Source: an uncultured Acidimicrobiaceae bacterium
Lineage (GTDB): Bacteria > Actinomycetota > Acidimicrobiia > Acidimicrobiales > RAAP-2
DNA: 64,000 nucleotides
Direction: 5' to 3'
NCBI GenBank assembly: GCA_963828385.1
Contig: CAWHEF010000002.1
Span: 2,687,198 to 2,751,197, forward strand
In this document: piece after piece, positions 9,434 to 18,717 of the stretch
Numbering within the stretch: the first letter of the stretch is position 1
Layout of the letters: each line of letters starts with the position of its first letter
The notes under the pieces: generated by a model
Told to the model about the DNA's origin: nothing
What the model saw: only the letters and a program-made list of their open reading frames with translations
Databases searched by the model: none
Position numbers and translations under genes: made by a program

Positions 9434-10491
9434 CGGCGCTGAACACGATGTCTGCACCCAAGGTCGCGAAGAAAAATGCGGACGTGGCGCCGCTGCCCTG
9501 GCGACGGATGGCCTGGGTTACCTGGCGCCAGCACCGCACGGCACTGATCGGCGTGTGCGCGTTGACCGGCGCGCTGGCCCTGTGTTTGCTGATCATCGGT
9601 CTTCAGTTACACCACGCCTACGCCACTGCAATTGCCTGTCATCCGGCGGGCTCGGCAGCATGCACTGCCACGATCGCCCACTTCAACGGCATCGGCAACT
9701 TTCTGACCAATGGCCTTCTCTTCCTGGTCGTGCCACCCCTGATCGGGGCATTCGTCGGGGCGCCGTTGCTTGCCCGCGAGTTCGAGGCCGGTACCTTCCG
9801 CTACGCCTGGACCCAGGGCTTCGGGCGGTGGCGCTGGACGCTCGCGAAGTTGGTGGCGCTCGGAGTTGTGGTGGCCGTCGCCAGTGGCGCCCTCAGTGTG
9901 CTGGCGTCGTGGTACTACCGGCCGTATTTCGCCTCGGGCAATCAGTCCTTGTCCCTTACCACGTTCAATCCGCTCAATCCTGTTTTATTTGAGCAGCGCG
10001 GCGTTGCCTTCGCCGCATGGACTCTGGCCGCTTTCGCAATCGGCGCCCTGGCCGGCGTGCTCATTCGCCGAGTCGTCCCGGCCATCGTGACCACTCTGGC
10101 TATGTACGCAGGGCTCGCCTTTGCGACCGGGGGGTGGCTCCGCATGCACTACCTGACTCCACTGGTCACCAAGAGAGCCGACGTGCCAGGTTTGGTGCGG
10201 ATCGTAGGCCAATGGGGAAGCAGGGGTGGTCGGGTCGTCTTCACCGGTCCGCCGTCCTATCCCATTTACCAGCAGTACTGCCCGGCTCAGGCCGGCTTGG
10301 GCAAGGGCGGCGGCTCGTCGGGAGGGAATCCCCTGCAATGCATGGTCCAGCACGGCTTCACCTTTTGGACCAGCTATCAGCCAGCCAGCCGGTTCTGGGC
10401 GTTCCAGTGGATCGAAGGTGGATGGCTGCTGGCGCTGTCGGTCGTGCTCATCGCCTTGACGGTGCTGTTGGTCCGGCGCCGCGCCACATGA
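9430..10491 (+). CDS. ABC-2 type transporter permease
   Basis: The ATG at 9430 overlaps the TGA of the ATPase gene. Multiple hydrophobic helices (ALIGVCALTGALALCLLIIGL, LLFLVVPPLIGAFVGAPLLAREFEAGTFRYAWTQG...). Confidence 0.75.
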   Translation: MTALNTMSAPKVAKKNADVAPLPWRRMAWVTWRQHRTALIGVCALTGALALCLLIIGLQLHHAYATAIACHPAGSAACTATIAHFNGIGNFLTNGLLFLVVPPLIGAFVGAPLLAREFEAGTFRYAWTQGFGRWRWTLAKLVALGVVVAVASGALSVLASWYYRPYFASGNQSLSLTTFNPLNPVLFEQRGVAFAAWTLAAFAIGALAGVLIRRVVPAIVTTLAMYAGLAFATGGWLRMHYLTPLVTKRADVPGLVRIVGQWGSRGGRVVFTGPPSYPIYQQYCPAQAGLGKGGGSSGGNPLQCMVQHGFTFWTSYQPASRFWAFQWIEGGWLLALSVVLIALTVLLVRRRAT

Positions 10492-10530
10492 GCGAGACCC
10501 GCATCCGAATCGGCGGAACGAGTCAACGTC

Positions 10531-11406
10531 GTGAGAACGCTTCATTTCAAGGTCGGACAGCTATCAACCCAAAGTCCGCGTCCGGTTCACACCTCGACGA
10601 CGGCACCCGGCTCGTGGCGTCGTCACGGCATTCCGTCCATCGCCCCGGCTCTCCCATCCAGCCGCAACGCGCCCAGCGCTACGTCGGGCCGAGCGCCACT
10701 GTCAGGTCCGAGGCGCGCCCAGGTGAAGGCACCAAAGCCAGGTGGACCCCGCCGGCGCACGCGGCGCTTCTTGGTGCTCCTCGGGCTTGGAGCGCTCGCA
10801 CTCGTCCTCGTGGTGACCGTGCCCCGAGTGTTCGCGCAGGCCGATGTCTTCCCGTTGCCAAGCGAGGCCACTCTCACTGGTCTCAGCTTGCCCGCCCGCA
10901 TCGTGGCGATCGCCCAGAGTCAGGTCGGCTACAGCACCCAACCCTCGAACTCCTACTGCAACAAGTACAGCGCGTATTGGTCTGCGGGCCAGGCCGACTG
11001 TCCGAGCGGAGAGCGTAGTGAGGAGTGGTGCGCCGACTTCGCCGCCTGGGCTTGGCGCGAAGCGGGCGTTCCCTTCGTCTACGGCTACCGACCAGGGGAC
11101 ATCAACGGTGCCGCCGCCAGCTTCTACCAGTGGGGTGTCGCCATGGGTGAATGGCACTCGGCCGGGACCGGATACAACCCGTCACCGGGAGATGTGGCCG
11201 TCTACGGACTCTCCTTCGGGGCGGTTCCGTCGGCCGCGCACGTGGCGGTCGTCACAGGCGACACGTCAGGTCAGTCCGGACCGAACGTGGTCAACGGCGA
11301 CGGTGATCAAACCGGATTCTCCTTGGTCGAGATCGGGACGGACCAGTTGCAGGTCCAGGTTGGCCAAGATGTCTCGACCCTCGACGGCTACGTCAGCCCG
11401 CCCTAG
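10531..11406 (+). CDS. CHAP-domain peptidoglycan hydrolase, membrane-anchored
   Basis: CHAP catalytic context EEWCADFAAWAWREAG (Cys) and AAHVAVVTG (His). TM/signal segment RRFLVLLGLGALALVLVVTV. The first ~64 codons of the ORF look non-coding, so the likely start is GTG 10723. Confidence 0.75.
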   Translation: MRTLHFKVGQLSTQSPRPVHTSTTAPGSWRRHGIPSIAPALPSSRNAPSATSGRAPLSGPRRAQVKAPKPGGPRRRTRRFLVLLGLGALALVLVVTVPRVFAQADVFPLPSEATLTGLSLPARIVAIAQSQVGYSTQPSNSYCNKYSAYWSAGQADCPSGERSEEWCADFAAWAWREAGVPFVYGYRPGDINGAAASFYQWGVAMGEWHSAGTGYNPSPGDVAVYGLSFGAVPSAAHVAVVTGDTSGQSGPNVVNGDGDQTGFSLVEIGTDQLQVQVGQDVSTLDGYVSPP

Positions 11407-11730
11407 CCTGAAAGCCTTCGGCATCAAAACGGTGGGAATGTCGAAGGACCGCTTGTCGCAGCGGAGCAATCCCCACCCGTGCCGTTCGAGGCGCATGCAA
11501 CGTTCTCGAGCGCAGGGAAAGGAGCATTGATCCCAGGACTCGGGACGGTCACTGATGGCCCATGGCTCACACACTGAGACATGGGCAATCCACTGCAGCC
11601 ACGGCATCGATCCCAGGGTTGGAAAGCATTCAGTTAACCGATGTCTCGTGGCGGCATCCGAAGCGCGAATTCAGGGACGTAAACTCGCAGTTCGGAGAAC
11701 CAGTTCTGCTTCGGAGGCGCCGATTCAGTC

Positions 11731-11762
11731 ATCAAGACCTTGTGCCATCAAGACCTTGTGCG
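11731..11762. repeat. Perfect-plus-one tandem duplication of a 16-bp unit ATCAAGACCTTGTGC(C/G)
   Basis: atcaagaccttgtgcc at 11731-11746 and atcaagaccttgtgcg at 11747-11762. A third CAAGACCTTG lies near 11843. The spacer is visibly lower in G+C. Confidence 0.8.
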
Positions 11763-11879
11763 AAACCCCGCCGGGGGCGTCGATGAGTTCTTGGTTACGG
11801 CGGCCACCCTCGCTGAGCACGGAGAGGGTACAGCCACCTGACAAGACCTTGAGGAGCTTTGGGGTAGACGGATTGGCAG

Positions 11880-12532
11880 TCATGCGTCACGCAGCCTGAG
11901 CAGGACCCCTCCTACGATCACCGCGGCGAGTGCCCAGGCGGCGAGGACGCCGAGTCCCGCCCACGGCCCGATTGGTTGTGAACAAAGACTGGTAGTGGCC
12001 TGGATGGCGAGCCCTGCGGTCATGGGTGTGAGCTGCTCAAGGTGTCGCCGCTGCGGGTCGCCGACGAGTTGGGCGAGAAGGGGGGCAGGTAGAGCAGGGC
12101 CAAGGCTGCTCCGACCGAGACGGCGCTGTCGCGGATGGCGGTGGCGATGCCGAGGGCGAGCAGGGCGACGAGAGTGAGGTAGATGACGTTGCCGGTGGCG
12201 GCTCGCAGGGTGGCGGTGTGGGCGAGCGAGACAAGCGGGTAGCCGTGGGCGGGCCCGATTCCGGCGCCAGGAAGCAGGAGCCGGCCGGCGAGAAGGCAGC
12301 CGGCGACGGCGAGGATGCTGGCGAGGAGGACCACAACGACGACATTGGCTGCCTTGGCGGCAAGGAGCAGGTGCCGGCGGGGCATGGCAGCGAGGCTGAT
12401 CCGGATCATGCCGGTGCTGTACTCCTCGCAAATCGCAAGGGCGGCGAGCACCACGACGACCGCCTGGCCGAGGTCAACACCGACCACGGCGAGCTTGGTG
12501 GGATCCTGCCCGCCACCGGTGGACACGGACAA
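11880..12532 (-). pseudogene. ABC-2 transporter permease remnant (N-terminally truncated, one frame break in a C6/G6 run near 12080)
   Basis: Begins mid-protein (DLGQAVVVVLAALAICEEYSTGMIRISLAAMPRRHLLLAAK...). The C-terminus LLAQLVGDPQRRHLEQLTPMTAGLAIQ...VIVGGVLLRLRDA lies in the frame of ORF 11880-12431. Confidence 0.6.
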
Positions 12533-12534
12533 TC

Positions 12535-12929
12535 AGCCAGCAGTGGTGCGCGGAGACCCCCGACTGATCGAACAGCTGATCCAGAACCTCATCGACAACG
12601 CGATTCTTCACAACATCGTCGGCGGAGAAATCCACATCGCGACCGCATCCCACGAAAGGGAAGCGGTCCTATCCGTGTCCAACGACGGCCCGAGCATTTC
12701 GACAACAGAGCTGGAACGACTCTTCCGCCCGTTCGAGCGCCTCGAACCAGGGCGGCGACACCACAAGACGGGCCACGGCCTCGGCCTCTCCATCGTAGAG
12801 GCCATAGCCAGCGCCCACGGCGCCGTCATCACCGCCCGCAGCAGACCTCAAGGAGGGCTCTCGATCGAAATCACCTTCCGGCGAGCGAACAGCACGCCAC
12901 CTGGTGCCGGCACGAGCCCAGCGGCTTGA
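12535..12929 (+). pseudogene. Histidine kinase remnant (HATPase_c domain only)
   Basis: GDPRLIEQLIQNLIDNAILHN (N box), SVSNDGP (G1-like), GHGLGLSIVEAIASAHGAVI (G2). No HisKA or sensor part. Abuts the truncated permease head to head. Confidence 0.65.
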
Positions 12930-13073
12930 GCAGGGCAACTGCATAGGGCATGCCCTATGCAGCCCCATGCACCGCAATCTCGACCCAAGACTCGAACGCG
13001 AAGGCGCAGTGTACGTGCCGCACGCGCTGCGCCACCCTGCATAGGGCTGCATAGGGCACCGCTGAGTAGGTCC
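12928..13073. repeat. Copy 2 of the ~146-bp TGCATAGG(G)CA-based repeat
   Basis: GAGCAGGGCAAC is followed by a perfect 24-bp palindrome CTGCATAGGGCATGCCCTATGCAG (12939-12962), then CTGCATAGGGCTGCATAGGGCA (13037-13058) and CCGCTGAGTAGGTCC. Confidence 0.75.
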
Positions 13074-13093
13074 CGATAAAAAGCCCCGAGAAA

Positions 13094-14568
13094 CCGCAAT
13101 TCCGGGTCTTCCGGTTTCTGCGGGGTGAGCCACCTCACGCCACCACGATCGAGTCGAGCACTCTGAAGTTGGGCTTGCCGGCATAGAGGAGGGCCCGGAT
13201 GCGGAAGTTCTCGAAGTTCGTGAACCCAAACGCAACCCGCTTGACCCGTTTCAAGAGGTTGTTCATGCCTTCGGTCGGACCGTTGGACACCTTGGCCTCG
13301 TGCCAGGCCACGATGGGATCGAACCAGTTGCGAAGCGTGCGGGCCAGTCGTCTGACCTCAAAGGGGGCGGAGCGTTTGGAGCTCACGTCAATGACGTCGC
13401 GGAGCAGATCGGCTGCTTGCTCAGGAGCCTCGGTGCCATAGAACCGGGCGACGGCCTCTTTGACGCTGTAGGCGAACGCCACCTCGCCGTCGGGATCGCC
13501 CAGTGCCAAGAGACCCTCGAGGCGGGCACAGAGTTCGGGATCGTCGGCCGTCGCCTTGAGGATCAAGAGCTTGCGGGCCCGATAAAGCGGGTCACTCGCT
13601 CGTCCCCGGTGACCCAGGCGCTCGTTTTGGACCCGGCGCCGGGTCTGGTCTACAGCCAAGATGGCGTGACGCATGACGTGGAAGCGGTCGATGACCCGGG
13701 TGGCCTTGGGCGTGACCACCCTGAAAGACGGCGTTGTAGGTCTTCGACATGTCCAAGCAGCCGTAGTCGAGGTGGTCTTTCACGTGGTGGGGCTGGGCAC
13801 GAAGCCAGCCGGCGACCTTCGTGAAGTCCCTGGTCGGGAGCACGTCGATCAGCGCGTGGTTGACCACGTCGCACACCGTCGTCGACCAGGTCTTCTCCTT
13901 GTAGGGCCCGGATCTGACAAAGAGCGCCTCGTCGAGCCCGATGGCCGTCGTCTCCTTCAAGCGCCTCGTGTCCGCCGCAAGAAGCGCCGCCCCGTAGATG
14001 CGCACCGCCGTGTTGATCGTGTCCCAGCAGCAGCCGAGCTCACGTGCGAGATGCGAGATGGTCTGGCCGCCGCCGATCTGTTTCACCACCCACTTGGCCG
14101 CCCTCGTGGTGAGCATGCAGCCGACGGCAGCGATGCGGTGATCCCCCAGGGTGAACGTGCGCACCGGGCAGCCTTCGTCGGGGCAGACGAGCCGGTGCTT
14201 CCTCCAGCGCAGCGTGATCGGCACGCCGCCGAAGGGCAGGTCCACGTAGGTGACGATCGGGCGGTCCTTCACCCGAGCGCGTCCCCCGCAGCGCCGGCAG
14301 AAAAGGACGGGGTCTGCCTGCTCGATGGTGATCTCACCTGCTGGTCCACGACGCGCGTAGGAAAGGACACGGACGTCTTTCAGACCCACGAGATGGCGAA
14401 CGATCTCGCTAGGATCGACATACACAGAGGCGTGGAGGAGCTTCTTCTTTCTCACAAAAGAGAGTCTGAAGCGCCTCTGTGCCTACATCGTGGATCGCCT
14501 GTCAGGGCCGACCGGGCATCGCCTGCGGGCGATCAGACCCCGCAGATACCGGAAGATCCGCAATTCCG
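13094..14568 (-). mobile_element. ISL3-family insertion sequence
   Basis: Imperfect 33-bp terminal inverted repeats at 13094-13126 and 14536-14568 (28/33 matches, core TCTTCCGGT(T/A)TCTGCGGGGT) bracket the transposase gene. No target-site duplication was recognised. Confidence 0.7.
13135..14455 (-). CDS. ISL3-family transposase (one frame break near 13715)
   Basis: Zn-finger-like N-terminus (CRRCGGRARVKDRPIVTYVDLP...LVCPDEGCP). DDE part ...GLDEALF...DMSKTYNAVFQ continues in the frame of ORF 13135-13719 as VTPKATRVIDRFHVMRHA...NGPTEGMNNLLKRVKRVAFGFTNFENFRIR. Confidence 0.85.
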
Positions 14569-14595
14569 CATGCTCCTCCGAACGCCGAAAACGCT

Positions 14596-14640
14596 GGCCA
14601 GGCGCCTGTGCCCTATGCACGAGACGCGCCGACCAGCGTT
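14596..14640. repeat. Partial copy 3 of the TGCATAGG(G)CA repeat, abutting the tRNA 3' end
   Basis: GTGCCCTATGCACGAGACGCGCCGACCAGCG (14608-14638) parallels GCATGCCTATGCACGACGTCGTACCAGCG in copy 1 (6568-6596). Confidence 0.6.
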
Positions 14641-14644
14641 TCAA

Positions 14645-14721
<77 letters not shown>

Positions 14722-14789
14722 TCGTGAGGGTCAAGGCTACCATCCGCCCGGCGAGCACACCATCCGTGCGCTCGCCGACCGCCCGTCCC

Positions 14790-17734
14790 CTACGGCGAGC
14801 TCGACTTGGTCGCCGCCGGTTTCTTCGTCGGAGCAGTCGAGGTCGACGTCGTGGTCGAGGTCGAGGTCGGTGAGGATGAACTGTTCCCCGTTCCGGTCAA
14901 CACGCCGATCTGCTGCAGGGCCTGCTCCATCGAGGAGATGTCGGACTGGTAGGCGCCGAGGTTGCCCGACTTAAGGTCGGTCTGGGACTGGTTGTACTCC
15001 TGTTGGGCGCTCTGCAGTAGCGAGCGCACCTCGGGCGAGAGCGCGCTCGAGGGCCCGGCGCCCGGTGTGGTCGAAACCGGGGCCTGGAACAGCTGCGACA
15101 GGGCCCCCTGCAGCGTGTCGGCGATGGCCGGCTGGTCGCCGTAGACGGCGATCACCTGCTGGAGCTTGGGGAAGGCGTTACGGGACGACTGCACGTAGAG
15201 CGGCTGGATGTAGAGCAGAGAGTTGGCGATCGGGATCATGAGCACGTTCCCGAGCAGCGCCGAGGATCCGTTGGAGTTGAGCAACGTGATCTGCTTCGAG
15301 ACGTCGGCCGTGGCATCGATGCTGGCCGTCACGATCGCCGGCCCGTTGACCGGTTGGTCCTGCGGCGTCACGAACATCCGGAGCTTGCCGTATTGGCCCG
15401 GGTCCGAGCCGGCGATCATGAAGCCCGACAACGTCTGGATCTGGCTCTGTTTGGAGACGGGGACGAACGCGTTGAGCAGGGTGAACGACTGTGGCGTCTG
15501 CCCCGGGACCTGCATCTCCTGGTAGATGGGCGCCATGGGCTGCACCTGACCGGTGGAGACCTGTTGTCCCTGGGCGTTGGTGGTGAGCGTGGTGGGGAGG
15601 GCCTGGGACGGTGAGCCCGAGCCCGGGGACGGTGACACGGCCCAAGCGTCGGCGGCGTTGTAGAAGCTCTGGGCGTTGGTCAGGTGGTACCGACCGTAAG
15701 CCCCGGTCTGCAGCGTGAAGATGTCCTCGGGGTAGCGCAGGTGGGCCCGGAGGGCGGCGCTCATCTTCGACGCCGGCGTGAACATCCCCGGGAAGGCGTT
15801 CTCGTAGGTCTGGATGATCGGGTCATGGGGGTCCATGACGTAGAAGGTCATCTTGCCCGTATAGGCGTTGACGAGGACCTTCACCGAGTTGCGCACGTAG
15901 TTGAGGTTCTTGTCGAGCCCGCTGCCGTCGGGGAGGGCGTTCGTGTTGGCGTTCTGGGCGTAGGGGTAGTTGTCGGTCGTCGTGTAGGCGTCCTGGACCC
16001 AGTAGATCCCGCCGTTCAGGAGGACGGGGTAGGGGTCGGAGTCAAGGCTCAGGAACGGTGCCGCCTTGGACACCCGGGCCTGGACGCCACGGTCGAACAT
16101 GATCCGCGACTGTCCGGTGATCTGGTTGGAGATCAGCAGGTTGAAGTCGCTGAAGCGGAGGGCGAACAGCGCCCGGTCGAAGACGTTGGAGAGCTGCACG
16201 CCGCCATCGCCCGAGTAGTGGGTCTGCACCGAGGAGCCGTTGGGCAGCTGGAAGTCGATTTCGGGCTGCTTGGTGTCGGCGACGACATAGCCGCTGTTCT
16301 GCAGCCCGAAATAGACCGACGGCTGGGTGACGTTGGGCAGGCCGTTGGAGACCGGCGGTACACCCTGAATGGCGAAGGTCGGGCTGCCATCCGATGTCGA
16401 GGAGTTGGACGGCGAGACGATCATCCCGTACCCGTGGGTGTACTGGAGCGTGGAGGTGACCCAGGTAGTCGAAGGGAGAGCGCTGTCATCGATCTCCCTG
16501 ACACCGACTACCACCGGAGTCTGCGTCCCATGCAGCATGTAGCGGTCGACAGCCAGCGCGTTGAACTGGTAGTAGGTGCGGAGATCCTGGAGCTTCTGGT
16601 AGGTGGCCTGGGTCTGTGTCGGATCCCAGAGACGGACGTTCGCCAGGGTGTCGCTGTTCTCGGTCAACTGCGAGGCGGTGAGCATCCCGGCCGAGTAGTT
16701 GGTGGTCTGCACGTGGTCGATACCCATGGCGAAACGGGTGGCGTCGATGTTCCGTTGGATGTAAGGCAACTCCAGGGGGTTCTGGGCAGGGTTGACCTTG
16801 AACGCCTGCACCGCTGCCGGATAGATCGTCCCTGCGGTGAGAGCCACGAGGAACCAGAGGCCGACACCGAGGACGGGGAGGGCCCAACCCTGGTGCCGGA
16901 TGTTGTAGATGAGCAGGCCGGCGGCGGCGAGCGATACCAGGATGAGCAGCTCGAGGGCGGGGAGCCTGGCGTGCACGTCCGTGTAGCCCGCGCCTTGGAC
17001 GTACCCGTTGCCGGAGAGGTCGAGCGAGAAGCGGGCCAGGTAGTAGCCGACCGCCTTGACCAGGGCGAGCAGCCCGAGGATGACCGACAGCTGGGCCTTG
17101 ACCGCCGGTCGCACCCGGGGCGCGCCCCCTGGAGCCGGATCCCCCCGTTCAGGTAGTGGCCGAGCACGGTGACCACCAGGACCACGACGAGCGCCACCAG
17201 CGCCCAGTGGACGATGAACTGCTCGAAAGGCAGCTTGAACACGTAGTAGCCGACGTTGCGGTGGAACTGGGGATCGGTGGACGAGAACGACGTTCCGTTG
17301 CGGAAGAGGATCCAGTTGTTCCACTGCCCGATGGCCTGGGCGCCGACGATCAGGGAGAGCGCCACGACCACGAACGCCCGCAGCCACCGGGCATAGGGCC
17401 CGATGATCTCCTGGTACCTGCGGACGAACTCGTCCTCGGCGTCGACGGCGGGACCGCGGGGCACGATGCGCTCGGCGACCGCCAGGCTGACGAGCAGCAT
17501 GGCGGCGAACACAGCCGAGAACACGAGGAACAGACCGAGCTTGATCCCGAACAGGCGGAGCCAGACCGAGTGGAGACTGACGGACGAGAACCACAGGGCA
17601 TCGGTGTAGAAGACGGCGAACGTCCGCAACGAGGCGATGACGATGACCAACACGATGGCGGCGACGATGATCCACCGGCGCCTGTGGTGGGTCGTCGGCC
17701 TGGCCGCTTGGGCCGTGTCGGCGGACTGAGTCAC
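14790..17734 (-). CDS. UPF0182-family large membrane protein (one frame break near 17125 in a C5 run)
   Basis: The N-terminal TM part is ORF 16664-17734 (FAVFYTDALWFSSV...YYVFKLPFEQFIVHWAL...LNGGIRLQ). The remainder is ORF 14790-17675 (RPAVKAQLSVILGLLALVKAVGYYLARFSL...). Size and motifs match UPF0182, recalled as Rv3193c-like. Confidence 0.85.
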
Positions 17735-17813
17735 CGATGCAGCCTAATGGCGGTCAACTGTCAGATCGCGTTCGCGGACGAACCAGGTCACCGATCCGTC
17801 CGCAGGTGAGCGC

Positions 17814-18626
17814 CTATGTGACGGCCGGTGCGAGAAGGCACCGACATCCGGGGTGCGCGGGCGGGTGGCGGTGGCCCGTCGGAAACTCCTCCCCCGGAGC
17901 TTGGGAGCCGTTCAGACCGTTGTCCTCGCAGTCGGGACAGGGCTCGCCGCTCGACCCGGCGACCGCCACCCACTCGAGCTGCACCGACTTCATGGCCGCC
18001 GCTGCCGCCAGCGTGCCCGCCGAGAACGCGGCCAGGGCATGGTCGCCGGCCAGCCGTTCGATACGTTCACCCTTCCATTCACGGAATGCCGAACCGATGT
18101 GCTCGGCGACAGCCGCCTCGTCACTGTCATCGAGTGATTCGTCCTCTGCGAGCCGGCGCCGCAGCGGGCCCGTCACCGCCACAGCGAGCTCCCGGGCCAC
18201 GCCGAGTAGGACCTCGGTGTCCGCTCGCTCTGCCCGCGTCGATGCCACGACGGAACCTCCGGCCTCGGCGGCCTGTTCGAGCTCGGGTAGCGCTGCCGTC
18301 GAGAACGTGTCGGTCTGTTCGGTCTCGTCGGGCAGCAGGCTGTCCGACCACCGGGACCCGTTCGAGCGGACGCCGTCCAACAGCTCGTTCTGCCCGTCCT
18401 GGAGGATGCGCTTCAGCCGGCGGGCCAGGGTGGTCACGATGGGGTCGAGGAGCTCGTCCCGCTGGACGGCAATCGGGTGGCGATCGGCGGGGGGACCCTC
18501 GTCCTTCGCCCCCGTCCCGTGGTCGGAACCCTCGGCACCGCTTCCTTCACCGGCTCCCTCCGGCATGTCGGTGGCCGCTCGGAGCTTGGCGAAGAGAACG
18601 TCCAACGCCGTCTCCGGCTCCGCCAC
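17814..18626 (-). CDS. Hypothetical protein with a Mu-F/SPP1 gp7-like Cys-rich C-terminal motif
   Basis: GTG at 18626 follows GGAGGAGG. Acidic N-terminus. C-terminus WVAVAGSSGEPCPDCEDNGLNGSQAPGEEFPTGHRHPPAHPGCRCLLAP. Confidence 0.55.
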   Translation of the reverse strand: MAEPETALDVLFAKLRAATDMPEGAGEGSGAEGSDHGTGAKDEGPPADRHPIAVQRDELLDPIVTTLARRLKRILQDGQNELLDGVRSNGSRWSDSLLPDETEQTDTFSTAALPELEQAAEAGGSVVASTRAERADTEVLLGVARELAVAVTGPLRRRLAEDESLDDSDEAAVAEHIGSAFREWKGERIERLAGDHALAAFSAGTLAAAAAMKSVQLEWVAVAGSSGEPCPDCEDNGLNGSQAPGEEFPTGHRHPPAHPGCRCLLAPAVT

Positions 18627-18717
18627 GCCTCCTCCGTCGTCGTCAGTCGGCCCGCCGACCGCGCCCGTCGTGGCCCCGGCTGCTGCTTCCTCGTCACCCT
18701 CACCGCGCTCGTCGGCG

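Noticed and set aside
10492-10722. Possible ydaO (c-di-AMP) riboswitch in front of the CHAP hydrolase gene
   Set aside because: Only a partial resemblance was found (CCGAATCGG and GGACAGCTATCAACCC). The conserved GGGGA-CCA and GGGGUGAAUC blocks are absent. An Infernal scan with RF00379 would settle it.
13086-14576. 8-bp target-site duplication flanking the ISL3 element
   Set aside because: The flanks at the IR boundaries (CCGAGAAA versus ATGCTCCT) do not match. The exact termini may be misjudged by a few bases, so no duplication is claimed.
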